From assembly GCA_024720975.1 (NCBI GenBank), contig JANJXX010000003.1:64001-128000 (forward strand): a stretch of 64,000 nucleotides of DNA, given 5' to 3'. This DNA is from Thermoproteota archaeon. Lineage in GTDB: Archaea > Asgardarchaeota > Njordarchaeia > Njordarchaeales > Panguiarchaeaceae. Of this stretch, positions 30,841 through 41,567 are shown piece by piece. A model generated the notes under the pieces. That model saw only the letters and a list, made by a program, of their open reading frames with translations, was not told the DNA's origin and made no database searches. Within the stretch, counting starts at the first letter, position 1; every line of letters begins with the position of its first letter. Both the position numbers and the translations under genes were made by a program.

Positions 30841-32577
30841 TTAGCCTTGACCCCAGCGGAATATCTTATCTTTGACAGTCTCTCTTATAAGATCAATTAT
30901 CCTATCAGGACGACCCCCTTCTAGTATATTAGGTGACTCGTTAACAATCCCTCTAACTGCAGATATTATCTCATTTGCTAGCGCCTCATCCTTAATTTTC
31001 ACTACATCTCTACCATCAATAAGCTTTATCCAAGGTGGAGTCACTTTCAGGCAAAATTTTCCGGCAACAACCTTAACGGCATCTTGTCTAATCTTAACCA
31101 CAGTTTCTCCCCAAACAAGTTTATATTCTTGAGGACTCGCCACCGCAGTAAGCTTTCCCCTCCTAACACTAATTCCTCTAGGAGAACTCAATACCGAGGA
31201 ACTACCCCAAGATACTTTGACTCTATTGCCCCTCACAGATATAAATACCCAGCCTCTATCAAGATCGCTTATGGCCAATAAAGTTCCTTCGAACGGCTTT
31301 TTAATTTCGTCTATCCTCCCCTCTTGGATCTTTATTGGACCAATTCCGACGTACTCTCCACTCCTGGTATCTATTACCGTTATTGGTCCGACCTTGACAT
31401 AATCCATATCCTCATCAGAGTACACCTTTATGAAGGGCAGCTCTACAATTGAACGTCCATGCCTAGCAAAATGCTTTCTTAGCACTTCCAGCGCCTCCTT
31501 AGCACTGGAGAATAGTTCACCAAAGTATATAACATCTCTCTCTGGCTGCATGCGAAGACTGCCCAGTATTTGTTCATAGACATTCTCATCGGTAATAATA
31601 CAAACTCTGTCGGCCTCACCTCTAAAGTTTCTTCCACTAACATCTACATCATAGGATATCTCTCCAAAGATGAACAATCCTCTAGGAGTCCCATCTATCG
31701 TTAGAGGCATCAGATATGAGTTGCTCTGAACTATGAGTTCTATATTACCAGGCAAAATCAAACTTTGAGTATGCTGGAGACTGTATATGTCGGTTTTTAT
31801 GTTAATCTTCGCCAATCTTGGCGAAATTCCTTCGAATCTTATCAATGCTATGGCGACTATTGCTGCGACAAACAATAGCGCTGTCGCCTGCCAAATTTGC
31901 GACAGGAAGATGCTCCATGTGGGATTGACTAGTTTTAGCAAACCAAGTATGGACGCAATTATACCTACCGCTAACATATACCAGAATGCTGTAATTACTG
32001 CACCTCTTATGGCCATTGCCGTGTAACCTAAGGACAAATTTATAGTGAAATTTCTGGCTACTGCGCTGACGATAAGCAGTAGTAATGACACTATTATTAG
32101 TTTGTCGGCGTCACCAAATATTGTTAATAGGCCTGTCATTATGTTCAATTTGACTAGAATCCAATAAGCAAAGATTCCAATACACGTAGACCTAATGGCT
32201 CTCGCAATTGTCACTAATACACTCTGCGAGACTCCAAGGAATTCATCTTCAAGATCTGTAGTTGACACGAAAGCCACTATTGATAACACAATGAATGCAT
32301 CTTGAAGCCAGACCGGAGCATATACTCCGGTGTTGAGTTTAAACATATCTGCAAGGATAAGAGCAATGGCTGCCAGCAGGAATAGTGCAGCCGTGCTCTT
32401 ATTAGCATTAGGATAATAGTTCCTCATTCGTATGATACCTATGCTCAGTAATACTGAGGCAATCAATAAAATAACCCAGCTCTCAGCAACATGGCAATAT
32501 TTGGTTATGTCGTCAAGACAAAGTATTATAGCGACACCCACAGCTACTAAAAGTGCATCAAGACCTCTACTCATCAT
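30841..32577 (-). CDS. Membrane protein with ~8 N-terminal TM helices and a beta-rich soluble C-terminal domain
   Basis: 578-aa ORF; hydrophobic first ~245 aa; repeated YVxVGPI strands. Confidence 0.7.
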   Translation of the reverse strand: MMSRGLDALLVAVGVAIILCLDDITKYCHVAESWVILLIASVLLSIGIIRMRNYYPNANKSTAALFLLAAIALILADMFKLNTGVYAPVWLQDAFIVLSIVAFVSTTDLEDEFLGVSQSVLVTIARAIRSTCIGIFAYWILVKLNIMTGLLTIFGDADKLIIVSLLLLIVSAVARNFTINLSLGYTAMAIRGAVITAFWYMLAVGIIASILGLLKLVNPTWSIFLSQIWQATALLFVAAIVAIALIRFEGISPRLAKINIKTDIYSLQHTQSLILPGNIELIVQSNSYLMPLTIDGTPRGLFIFGEISYDVDVSGRNFRGEADRVCIITDENVYEQILGSLRMQPERDVIYFGELFSSAKEALEVLRKHFARHGRSIVELPFIKVYSDEDMDYVKVGPITVIDTRSGEYVGIGPIKIQEGRIDEIKKPFEGTLLAISDLDRGWVFISVRGNRVKVSWGSSSVLSSPRGISVRRGKLTAVASPQEYKLVWGETVVKIRQDAVKVVAGKFCLKVTPPWIKLIDGRDVVKIKDEALANEIISAVRGIVNESPNILEGGRPDRIIDLIRETVKDKIFRWGQG

Positions 32578-32981
32578 TCTTTCTCACCTTGTAAGAATTT
32601 TTTATGAACGTCAACAATGAGAGAATATACTTCCTTACCCTTGTCGGAAATTACATACTTTCCTCGTGAACGTTCTTGAAGAACAAGATTAAATCTTTGG
32701 AGTTTAGACAAATGATGCTTCAGAGAGGATGGACCAAGTTCGAGTATAGATTCGAGTTCTGTAAAATATCTATCTCTCTCCCAGAGGAGTTCAAGTATCA
32801 TTATTCTCTCTGGGCTGCTAAGAACTCCAAAGAACTCTGCCAGTAGCTCTATATTCATCTTCATTTCTGGATAACGCATTATTCTCTTCTCTCTTTCTCG
32901 CTTAAGCTCTGCAATTTCCTGCTTAAGCCTCTCGATTTCCTGCAATAGCTCTTTAACCAAACTTGTTGAGTTGTTCGACAA
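32574..32981 (-). CDS. ArsR-family wHTH regulator with N-terminal coiled coil
   Basis: LSSPERIMILELL...SSLKHHLSKL...GKYVISDKG; heptad N-terminus; overlaps the downstream gene by 4 nt. Confidence 0.85.
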   Translation of the reverse strand: MSNNSTSLVKELLQEIERLKQEIAELKREREKRIMRYPEMKMNIELLAEFFGVLSSPERIMILELLWERDRYFTELESILELGPSSLKHHLSKLQRFNLVLQERSRGKYVISDKGKEVYSLIVDVHKKFLQGEKE

Positions 32982-33120
32982 TATGTATCACCAATACATA
33001 TTATTGTAGTATAATTTTATGTATTTAAACTTTATATTTTTGAATAATGCTCAACAGAAAAGAAAATAGGACAATCACCGAGCTCTGCATCGCTAGACCA
33101 TCTAATTCTGTGTTGTAATA

Positions 33121-33858
33121 TCATGTCCTTCCATACTCAAGCTCAGGCATGTGCTTTTTAGCCATTCTTATTATCAACTCTCCGGTTGGCAACATTCCAT
33201 GATTGTTATTAAGAAAGAAATATACTTCATCGCTAGGGTTGATCTTCTCTCGAACTTTTACAAAAATTTCCAGGAGCTCCTCCTCTGAGTACACATGACT
33301 GTACCAGGCCGTCCTACCATGGAGTCGCATATAGAGTTTGTTTGTTGTCTTGAATACTTGATTTACAAAGTCTGGAGCATCAACAGAAACCATCGTAGCT
33401 CCAAGATTTCTGAGCCACTTCTCCCACTTTTGATTGAACCACTCCTTATTTCTAAACTCTATCGCAAAAGTATCGCCTAAAGAGGTTTCTTGAATAAACT
33501 TCTCCAGTCTTTCTACCGCTGTTACTGTCGGTCTAAGCGATGGGGGACACTGGAAGAGGTAAAACTTTATTATACCCTCTTTTTCCATTGGTTCGAATAG
33601 ACTCCTAAATTTTTTCCATAAATCAAATGCTTTCTCACCAAATCTACATCTATGTGTTATGAGTTGATTAACTTTGATTGCCCAGGCTAGCGTTCTTCCT
33701 CTTCTGGCCCAGCTCTTAGGCAGCGATGCGTGTGGAAATCTATAGAAGGACATATTGAGCTCAATTGCATTAAACTCGACGTTCTCAATGTACCATTCAA
33801 GACTTCCGCCCTTGTTCCAGAAGTAGTTCCATCCGCTTGTTCCAACGTATAATATCAT
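33121..33858 (-). CDS. DUF72 family protein
   Basis: YVGTSGW, ELNMSFYRFP, FQCPPS, EFRN, YMRLHG, FLNN. Likely start ATG 33858 (ORF track extends to 33876). Confidence 0.92.
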   Translation of the reverse strand: MILYVGTSGWNYFWNKGGSLEWYIENVEFNAIELNMSFYRFPHASLPKSWARRGRTLAWAIKVNQLITHRCRFGEKAFDLWKKFRSLFEPMEKEGIIKFYLFQCPPSLRPTVTAVERLEKFIQETSLGDTFAIEFRNKEWFNQKWEKWLRNLGATMVSVDAPDFVNQVFKTTNKLYMRLHGRTAWYSHVYSEEELLEIFVKVREKINPSDEVYFFLNNNHGMLPTGELIIRMAKKHMPELEYGRT

Positions 33859-33939
33859 CCAAGACACTTCATTCACTAGAACTTTGGATTTGTATTGATT
33901 CTCTTACTAAAATTAATTTTAATGTATTGGTGATGATAT

Positions 33940-34821
33940 TTGACTACGAGATTACAATGCGCTACGTTCTCTATAGTTGCAGCCGACGTGGAGGCCGGCC
34001 TTTGGGGAGTTGCAGTGGCCTCAAAATTTGTTGCTGTTGGTGCTTTGGTCCCCTGGGCAAAAGCTAAAGTCGGTGCTATAGCAACCCAAGCATGGGCGAA
34101 CATATCATTTGGTCCGAGAGGGCTAGAACTACTCTCACAGGGATTCTCTTCTGAGGAGGTTCTTGATAAACTCCTACGTGACGACGATATGAGGGAACAC
34201 AGACAAGTGGGTATAGTTGATTACTTAGGTAGAGTTGCTGCTTGGACTGGATCGCAATGCATAGCCTGGGCTGGACACGTTATTGGCGAAAATTATGTTG
34301 CCCTTGGAAACATTTTGAGAGGTCCAGAGGTTGTAGAAGCTATGGCTAAAGCCTTTGAGACAACGAAAGGAGATATAGTAGATAAGCTACTAGCAGCGCT
34401 TGAGGCTGGAGACAACGCAGGAGGTGATCGACGTGGAAAGCAATCTGCTGCCATACTTGTGGTGAAGGAAGGGGGTGGGTATGGAGGCTATACAGATCGA
34501 TATGTAGATCTGAGAGTGGATGATCATCCTGATCCAGTAAAGGAGCTTAAGAGGATATTTAGGATTTGGGACTTGACATTGCTTACAAGAGAAGATCCTA
34601 GCGACGTTGTAAAACTCGAGGATGTTGCAGAAAAATTACAGTTAGCACTCAGTAAGCTCGGATATTACAAGGAAGCAATCAATGGAAAGCTCACTGAGGA
34701 GACATTAAAAGCTTTGGAGGATTGGATGCTCATAAATAACTTTGAGAACAAAATGAGAAAAGATGGTTATATTTGGGGCAGCGTTTATAGGTATCTCCTA
34801 GATCTAGCTGGCCTACATTAA
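33940..34821 (+). CDS. DUF1028 (Ntn-hydrolase-like) protein with C-terminal PG-binding-like domain
   Basis: TFSIVA, GAIATQA, GGDRRGKQSAA, DLRVDDH. Confidence 0.92.
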   Translation: MTTRLQCATFSIVAADVEAGLWGVAVASKFVAVGALVPWAKAKVGAIATQAWANISFGPRGLELLSQGFSSEEVLDKLLRDDDMREHRQVGIVDYLGRVAAWTGSQCIAWAGHVIGENYVALGNILRGPEVVEAMAKAFETTKGDIVDKLLAALEAGDNAGGDRRGKQSAAILVVKEGGGYGGYTDRYVDLRVDDHPDPVKELKRIFRIWDLTLLTREDPSDVVKLEDVAEKLQLALSKLGYYKEAINGKLTEETLKALEDWMLINNFENKMRKDGYIWGSVYRYLLDLAGLH

Positions 34822-35190
34822 AACATGAAACCACTAAACCGTTTTTCTCCATGAAATCTTTTAAGCCGTTTGAGCTGCTACAGGCACTTAGAACAAAAGA
34901 GAAACTAATGAAACAGAAAAATTTCTAAATACCCTTATGAACTAACATCAAGCCTCTTGCTTAATGGAGGCAAAATATCATCGGAAGCGGGAGGATATAC
35001 CTATCTCTCGAGAAGGGCTCAGTGGTGCCCGTCGATGCAGCTCCTGATAACCCTGCTAACCAAATGAGCAGATGCTGGAGGAAAGTCCGTGTTGACAATA
35101 TCTATATTCCAAAAATACCGAAAATAATAACACGGGCAGTCACAAAAAATCATACTGCAATTCAGGATAAAGGGCATTAGCAGCTCCAGT

Positions 35191-36507
35191 CTACTTATAT
35201 GCGGAAAAGATAGGTTTTGTTTTAAGTACACGTCTATGCAACTCAAATACTACAAATCCGGCGAGAGAAATAATACTGGATACAAAAGATAAGCAGGCTA
35301 TTGCAAATATTTCAACTTCGATACCACTATATCCCACACCAGAGTAGAAGCTTTTTAATGCATCCAGCAAAATTCCGGACGTTAGTATAGGTAATACACC
35401 AAAACTTAACGTTTCTACCATGTTGTATCGCCCTAAGTACTTGCCCCGAGCGTTTTCTGGAATAATATCAGCTACATAAGAGTAGGATACATTCATAAAT
35501 ATTACTCTATGCATACCCATCAATATGCTGACTGGAATAAACCAGATTATTTGTCTAGGAATAATATACAAGATTGGTAGGATTACACCTAAGAGAAAAC
35601 CGACTCTAAGTACCGGAACCCTACCTTTTTTATCAGAAATTCTACCAATTATTGGGTTCATAGCAAATTGTGTCATAGACGATACATTACTTAGCATGCT
35701 CATTTCAAGACTTGAAGCCGAAAGAGCTATTCTTAGGTAATAGTTGAGTATCCTGAATATTGATGCAAATGCTAGAGTGCTCATAGACATTGCCAACATG
35801 AATGCATATAATACATTCTTAGCTGCAAAATCTGCGCTTTCTCCCACTGGATTTCTCCTCGTTGGTTCTACTCTTCTAGTTTCTCTGACAGCTAATGCTA
35901 TCACTAGCACACTCACAAACATTATAGCTGAAGACATATAGAAGAGATAGGGAAAGCCTGCAGCTCTAGTTGGATAGTCATAAATTACGCCACCAAAGAA
36001 AACGCCAAACATTCTGCCTATGGCTTCGATGGAATATATTTGACCTACTACTAATCCTCTTGTTTCTTTCACAGTTAGATCCGCTAAAAGAGCAGACCAA
36101 GCGACGTTGCTCATCGACCAAATACTTTCTAATATTGTCAAACCCACTATGAGATAATACGCATATAGAGTTGGATTGTCGGTAACATCATACCCAGTAA
36201 ATACACTCCACGCGTGAGGCGTGAGTAGGATAAAAAATATGCCAGCTACTGTTTCCCCGACAATAATAAACGGTTTTCTCTTTCCCATGTAGTCAGTACG
36301 AGGACCCCATATAATTGATTGCGTTATAGAATTGGCAAGCATAGGAAGAGTCATGACAAGCATTGCTTCTGTAAAGCTTCGTTTAAGAACCTCAAGCATG
36401 TATAGGGTTAGAAATGCGTAGAATAGACCCCTTCTAACAGCCAACATAAATTGGAACGCGCCCAGACCCACAATATTTCGTTTTTCCAATTTCAGCGCCG
36501 AGGACAA
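35191..36507 (-). CDS. MFS transporter
   Basis: 12 TM helices; TDYMGKRK and SDKKGR motif-A loops. Confidence 0.9.
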   Translation of the reverse strand: MSSALKLEKRNIVGLGAFQFMLAVRRGLFYAFLTLYMLEVLKRSFTEAMLVMTLPMLANSITQSIIWGPRTDYMGKRKPFIIVGETVAGIFFILLTPHAWSVFTGYDVTDNPTLYAYYLIVGLTILESIWSMSNVAWSALLADLTVKETRGLVVGQIYSIEAIGRMFGVFFGGVIYDYPTRAAGFPYLFYMSSAIMFVSVLVIALAVRETRRVEPTRRNPVGESADFAAKNVLYAFMLAMSMSTLAFASIFRILNYYLRIALSASSLEMSMLSNVSSMTQFAMNPIIGRISDKKGRVPVLRVGFLLGVILPILYIIPRQIIWFIPVSILMGMHRVIFMNVSYSYVADIIPENARGKYLGRYNMVETLSFGVLPILTSGILLDALKSFYSGVGYSGIEVEIFAIACLSFVSSIISLAGFVVFELHRRVLKTKPIFSAYK

Positions 36508-36657
36508 ACATTCACTAAGCTTACGAAAAATTCTATCGAACTTTCCGTACTCGATAAAAATAATTATGGCACTATATCCAAACGCTTCCTACTTTTATAA
36601 ATAGCATATTAATTAACATCTCTACGAAAAAAGAGCTCTATTAGTATTTCTCGAACA

Positions 36658-37230
36658 CTATAAGAATTCTAACACTCTCCTTGGGTCTGTAGCTATGAAC
36701 TTTCCTTTTCCTAGATAGTATGCCTGGCTGGCCTTGGAGACGTCGAGAGTATAATCTTTGCTGAATAAATCCTCTCTATACCAGGCGTAAACTATTTCGC
36801 CTATAAAGAAATCATGGTCGCCAGTTCTAACAGTGTCAGTAACTTTACACTCGAGAACTACTATGCTATCAGCAATTAAAGGGGCTCTTATCTTTTCGCC
36901 ATTGAAGGTTTTAATGTTAAATTTCTCAAACTTGTCAATTTTAGCTCCACTTACGCTACCAACATCCCAAATCAGCTTGGATAATTCGAATGGAAGGAAG
37001 TTTACTCCAAATTCCCTATGTTCTGTAATCAACTTATGTGTGAATCTTTTCGGTGCTATGGATACACCATACAGCGGAGGATCCAAGGACAGGTACGTAT
37101 GCCAGGACGCCGCCATCGCTGTCGCTCTTCCCGGAATACCCGCTGTTACTACCACCGTTAATTTAGGATATGTTAGATATGCATAATTTTTGTCCTTGAA
37201 TGGCTTAAGCATAGCTGCATCACCACACAC
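36658..37230 (-). CDS. Flavin reductase family protein
   Basis: MAASW, PPLYGVSI, GSVSG, GDHDFFIGE. Confidence 0.92.
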   Translation of the reverse strand: MCGDAAMLKPFKDKNYAYLTYPKLTVVVTAGIPGRATAMAASWHTYLSLDPPLYGVSIAPKRFTHKLITEHREFGVNFLPFELSKLIWDVGSVSGAKIDKFEKFNIKTFNGEKIRAPLIADSIVVLECKVTDTVRTGDHDFFIGEIVYAWYREDLFSKDYTLDVSKASQAYYLGKGKFIATDPRRVLEFL

Positions 37231-37289
37231 TCATTGAACCTAAAATTAGTTTTAATTTTAGATCGTATGAGATGCCTATCTTCCAAACT

Positions 37290-38444
37290 TTATGGCGGCT
37301 CATTTTGACTCAGGACAGGCTTTCCTGCAATGTACGTTTGAATTACATTCATTTCAGATCCCCTTAGGACAATAGTTTTATAAATATCACCCACGAAGGC
37401 TACATTAGGTTTCGCTAGGTCAAATACGAAGAAGTCCGCTTGATAACCGATGTCTATTATTCCAGTCTTTAATTTAAGGGCTTTGCTGGGTGTTGCTGTA
37501 ACGGCAGATAGTAGCTGCTTTGGGTCAGGTGTTGCTCCTTGGATTCTAGACAACCTGACAGCAGTTTCAAGTTCTCTAAATATATCTGGCGAATTCAACA
37601 TTATATTGTCTGTCCCTAAAGCAAATGGAATGCTTAGTTCGATCGCATCAGCTATAGGTGGCGGCTTGAGTCCTAGATATAAGTTAGCTCGAGGACAAAA
37701 AGTGATTAGCTTGTTTTTCTGAGCAAGCAAAGCTAATTCTTCGTCTTCTGCATAATTTAAATGAATAACAAAATCAAAGTCCAAGTTCAATTCTAGGGCT
37801 CTGCTAATATCTGATACTCCAAACTTCTTGATACTTTCCTCACGCTGTTCTATTGTCTCTGAACAGTGAAATGCTAGATACTTATTCATTTCCTTTGTTT
37901 TTTCCGCGAAACTAATAAGTTCTTCATTCCGATATGCGTTAAGAGAACTCAATCCAAGACCGTCAGAAATTTCTAAGACATCCTCCACTGAGCATCCGTC
38001 AGGCCTTCCCATAGCAAATCCGTTGAGTGGAAATTTAGAAATAGCATCTCTCAAAAGCTTTACTCCTAGCACTCCACCCTCTCGAAAATCAAAGAAAGTC
38101 GTTATTCCCCTGGCAGCCATTTCTTTTAACGCCGTTACCATACCATCGACTAATTTTTCGGGTGGTGTCTCTGAGAGGATCTTAAACTTAATGCTATCTG
38201 GCCTGGCCACAGACTCAAATATTGTCAACCCGTAGGCCTTCTCACGAGCAATAGCATCACCGATATGAGTGTGCATATTTATGAATCCAGGAACAAGTAC
38301 AGCCTCCTCATAAAAGACATGAGCCTCACTTCGTTTTCCACCTATAAGTAACCTCGATATTTTGCCACTCTCAATGTAAACTAACACGTCTTTGCATAGT
38401 CTGAGGTCAGGACCTATTAGTGCGTATGTTGCACCAATAATCAC
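37290..38444 (-). CDS. Metal-dependent amidohydrolase (deaminase-like)
   Basis: PGFINMHTH, HCSE, HLN, LGTDN, GYQADF. Confidence 0.9.
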   Translation of the reverse strand: MIIGATYALIGPDLRLCKDVLVYIESGKISRLLIGGKRSEAHVFYEEAVLVPGFINMHTHIGDAIAREKAYGLTIFESVARPDSIKFKILSETPPEKLVDGMVTALKEMAARGITTFFDFREGGVLGVKLLRDAISKFPLNGFAMGRPDGCSVEDVLEISDGLGLSSLNAYRNEELISFAEKTKEMNKYLAFHCSETIEQREESIKKFGVSDISRALELNLDFDFVIHLNYAEDEELALLAQKNKLITFCPRANLYLGLKPPPIADAIELSIPFALGTDNIMLNSPDIFRELETAVRLSRIQGATPDPKQLLSAVTATPSKALKLKTGIIDIGYQADFFVFDLAKPNVAFVGDIYKTIVLRGSEMNVIQTYIAGKPVLSQNEPP

Positions 38445-38571
38445 GTTATGCTCCCCACTTATAGAACCTAAGCACTGATTGAAGGAATGAAACCTCTGCC
38501 TAAATATATCATAGCTATATTCTTAATCATTTATGCAGTTTGTATTAGCCAACAAGTTTTTGGTGAATTTC

Positions 38572-39528
38572 ATGAGAATGACCATAGATCTTCATGACAA
38601 GAGGCTTGGAGACGTCATCATTCACAATCCTAGGGATCCTGTAGATATTGGAATAATTGGAGCACCATTTGACGGCTCAACAAGGGGTAGACCAGGCGCG
38701 CGCTTTGCTCCTAGGTGTATCAGAGAAAGCCTGTATTCTATGACTACTTTTGTTAATGATGTAGACCTAGAGAATATTCGCATCGGTGACTTTGGAGATA
38801 TCGAAACGTCATTCAGCTCGGTTGAACGAAATAAGGAAGAAATATACTCAGCAGTTAGGGAGGCGCTAAGAAAGTGCAAAAGGATAATAGTAATTGGGGG
38901 AGATCACTCAATAACTGAACCAGCTTTCAAAGCCTTTAGCGAGAGTAGGGAAAGCGTAGGACTCATCGTTTTTGATGCACATCTGGATCTTAGAGATTTA
39001 AAAGCCGGAACAGTTTCTAGTGGTACCGTTATGGAAGATATTCTCAAGAATTTAGGCAATAAGATAAAGCCAGCGAACTTGGTCTATATAGGCATAAGAG
39101 ATTTTGTTAATCCTAAATATTACGTCGAGAAAGCAAGAAGACTGGGGGTTAAAATATACAAAGCACAAGATATACTTTACAGCACACCTGAAACATTTAG
39201 TGCACTACTTGAAGATGCTATAAGCAGGGCATCAGATGGCACTAATGGGGTTTACATAAGCTTTGATGCTGATGTTATTGATTGCTCCTTTGCGCCTGGA
39301 CTAAATGCTCCTAGTCCACTAGGATTAAGACCCGAACACGTTGTACAAGCACTTACATTCTTTGGATCTAAGGACGTAGGAGCTCTTGACATTACTGAAG
39401 TTTCGCCACCCTATGATCCGACAGGAAACACGTGCAAAATTGTATCCGCATGCATAATTGGTTTTATTGCCGGTTCGGCAAAAGTTTTAATGGAAACTCC
39501 ACATAAAGTAACTAGAACTGATCAGTAG
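38572..39528 (+). CDS. Arginase-family ureohydrolase (agmatinase / formimidoylglutamase-like)
   Basis: GRPGARFAP, GGDHS, DAHLD, SFDAD, EVSP. GGTGA SD precedes ATG 38572 (ORF track starts at 38533). Confidence 0.9.
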   Translation: MRMTIDLHDKRLGDVIIHNPRDPVDIGIIGAPFDGSTRGRPGARFAPRCIRESLYSMTTFVNDVDLENIRIGDFGDIETSFSSVERNKEEIYSAVREALRKCKRIIVIGGDHSITEPAFKAFSESRESVGLIVFDAHLDLRDLKAGTVSSGTVMEDILKNLGNKIKPANLVYIGIRDFVNPKYYVEKARRLGVKIYKAQDILYSTPETFSALLEDAISRASDGTNGVYISFDADVIDCSFAPGLNAPSPLGLRPEHVVQALTFFGSKDVGALDITEVSPPYDPTGNTCKIVSACIIGFIAGSAKVLMETPHKVTRTDQ

Positions 39529-39590
39529 CGATGCAATAATAGGGCATTTTTATCTCTCAATCAGAACTAAAAGATAAGAAGTGAAGGATT

Positions 39591-40016
39591 ATGAATGAAA
39601 GAATAAAGACTGGCGTGAGCCTACCAAAGGAAATCATTAGAATCCTGGACGAATACATGAAGCTCACTGGACTAAAAAGTAGATCAAAGGTTCTATCTGA
39701 TGCCGTTTTGAATTTCATTAATGAGCAAATTTGGCTAGAGACTGAAAGGGATATAACTGGAGTTCTCATAGTCGTCTACAATGAAAAGAGAGGAGATACT
39801 GTAAGGAGGTTCCTAGACGTCCAACACGATCATTTAGGTGAGATAGTAGCTACAATGCATACCCATGTAACGCACGATAAATGTTTGGAGGTCATACTAG
39901 TTAAGAGTAAATCAACATATATACGCCGCCTTGTAGGAGAAATCCAGAACATCACTGGCATTGAATACACTAAATTTGTCCCAATACCCATGCAACAGGA
40001 TTCTAAGCATGACTAA
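39591..40016 (+). CDS. nikR: NikR-family RHH regulator
   Basis: GVSLP RHH strand, SRSK, QH and HTH...CLE metal-site residues. Confidence 0.85.
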   Translation: MNERIKTGVSLPKEIIRILDEYMKLTGLKSRSKVLSDAVLNFINEQIWLETERDITGVLIVVYNEKRGDTVRRFLDVQHDHLGEIVATMHTHVTHDKCLEVILVKSKSTYIRRLVGEIQNITGIEYTKFVPIPMQQDSKHD

Positions 40017-40258
40017 TGGTGGAGAACTCTTTAAACATTTTTGAAATAGATGAGCTTAAAATAAACTCCACCTGTCGAATTCCTCGGCGCAGAACCTACT
40101 ATGAAGACGACCCCCTGTGGATGATACGATTCTCAATAGATGACTTTTCCTAGCACACGGACTCATGCTTGAAAAAGCTTTGACGCGAAGTGGTTTGACC
40201 CTAATAGTGACAGAAAACGTGACAAGCTCTGGAGGAAGCAAGGCTAATTAAAACTGAT

Positions 40259-40280
40259 GTCTACGTGCACTCACGTAGAC
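40259..40280. other. Perfect 9-bp hairpin between convergent genes
   Basis: GTCTACGTG-CACT-CACGTAGAC. Confidence 0.6.
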
Positions 40281-40307
40281 TAGAATTAACCCACGGATAT
40301 CTTAATT

Positions 40308-41249
40308 TCAACTGACTAACCCCAGAGTTTCCGTGTTTCGTTTGCCGGCGCTATCTATGAGTCTACAGAAGGCACACAATTCTGTCTCGCTTTCAGTTGG
40401 AAATTCACACTTCTTGCATAAATGTGTGGGTTGCTTGAATGCGGCCATCTGCTCACGCAGCTTAAGAATGGAACGAATAAAATTTATTTGAGACACAGGA
40501 TTCGTTTTTAGTATGTGGTCCCATAGGCTCCTATACTTATGCAATGTTGCCCCTTTACTCAGAGGACAATCCTCTCCAATCACTGGAATCTTATTAAGTT
40601 CTGCGTACAATCTGTTTTCCATTTCTGATAAGTAAAACTGAGGCCTTATTTTCCCAACTAGTTTGATGTCATTTCGAGGTGGTGAAAACTCCGATTGCAT
40701 CCTCAGTATCGTATACATGTCTTGAGAAAGTAAAGCCTTGAGAAGTATTGTTGATATATCATCTATGTTATGTCCCGTGGCTAAGTAATCGAAACCACAC
40801 TCATAAGCAACCTTGTTCAGCACCCATCTCTTAACAATACCACAAACAGCACATGGAGGTCTTTTACTCACTCTAATTAGCTCAGGTATTGTGTAACCTA
40901 TCTCCTTCTTGAGATCGTATACTATTAGTACGACCCCTAATTTTTTTGAGAACTCTCTCACTATCTCCTCGCTCTTTCTAGAGTAGTCGAAGATTCCTAG
41001 ATTTATGTGAAATGCAGTAAAGTTAGCTCTATCATCAACTTTGCTTATTTCACTAAGCGCGTGAAGTAAGGCCATTGAATCCTTCCCGCCTGAGGTAGCT
41101 ACAAGTACCTCTCCATGAATTTTATGCTTATCGAGGACTCTCCTGATCCTACCAATATAGTATCCTTTAAAATGCTCGCCGCACAAGGATAGGTTTGCAT
41201 ACGGGAGACGAACTATCGCAGAACTATCACAAAATCTACACTTTTTCAA
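40308..41249 (-). CDS. ttuA: TtuA/Ncs6-family tRNA 2-thiolation protein
   Basis: N-terminal CxxC..CxxH, SGGKDS PP-loop, CAVC, GHNIDD, CP, C-terminal CxxC..CxxC. Confidence 0.88.
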   Translation of the reverse strand: MKKCRFCDSSAIVRLPYANLSLCGEHFKGYYIGRIRRVLDKHKIHGEVLVATSGGKDSMALLHALSEISKVDDRANFTAFHINLGIFDYSRKSEEIVREFSKKLGVVLIVYDLKKEIGYTIPELIRVSKRPPCAVCGIVKRWVLNKVAYECGFDYLATGHNIDDISTILLKALLSQDMYTILRMQSEFSPPRNDIKLVGKIRPQFYLSEMENRLYAELNKIPVIGEDCPLSKGATLHKYRSLWDHILKTNPVSQINFIRSILKLREQMAAFKQPTHLCKKCEFPTESETELCAFCRLIDSAGKRNTETLGLVS

Positions 41250-41567
41250 AAGCCTTCACCCTTAGTGCTTTTCTCTTCCCGATCATTTAAGTAAATCAAT
41301 TTGTCAACGGTCCTCCCATGTACACGCACATGATATGCGGAATATGTGACTAAAAAATCGTTCAGAATGATTTAATGTGCAGAAGACTCATAGCAACTTA
41401 GTCTCTAGCGGTTTAATATTTAAAAAGATTTTTAATATTTGTATTCGAATCAACAGTCGTCTAAATCTTGCTAGATCAACTGATAGATGTTTTTGAAAAT
41501 TTTAAACGCCCTGAATTCCGATGCCATATGCACGAATAAGCAAGCACGGCGGGGAGAGTGATCCCCC

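Noticed and set aside
34990-35100. Resemblance to a SAM-I or fluoride riboswitch
   Set aside because: Core consensus elements are missing and the site lies between two gene 3' ends.
35074-40250. RNase P RNA-like words (GAGGAAAGTCC ~35077; AAACTCCACC, ACAGAAAA and GCAAGGCTAA at 40060-40250) and a 9-nt complementarity between the two loci
   Set aside because: No single locus has the conserved regions in order with a matching P4 3' strand, and a 9-mer match is expected by chance.
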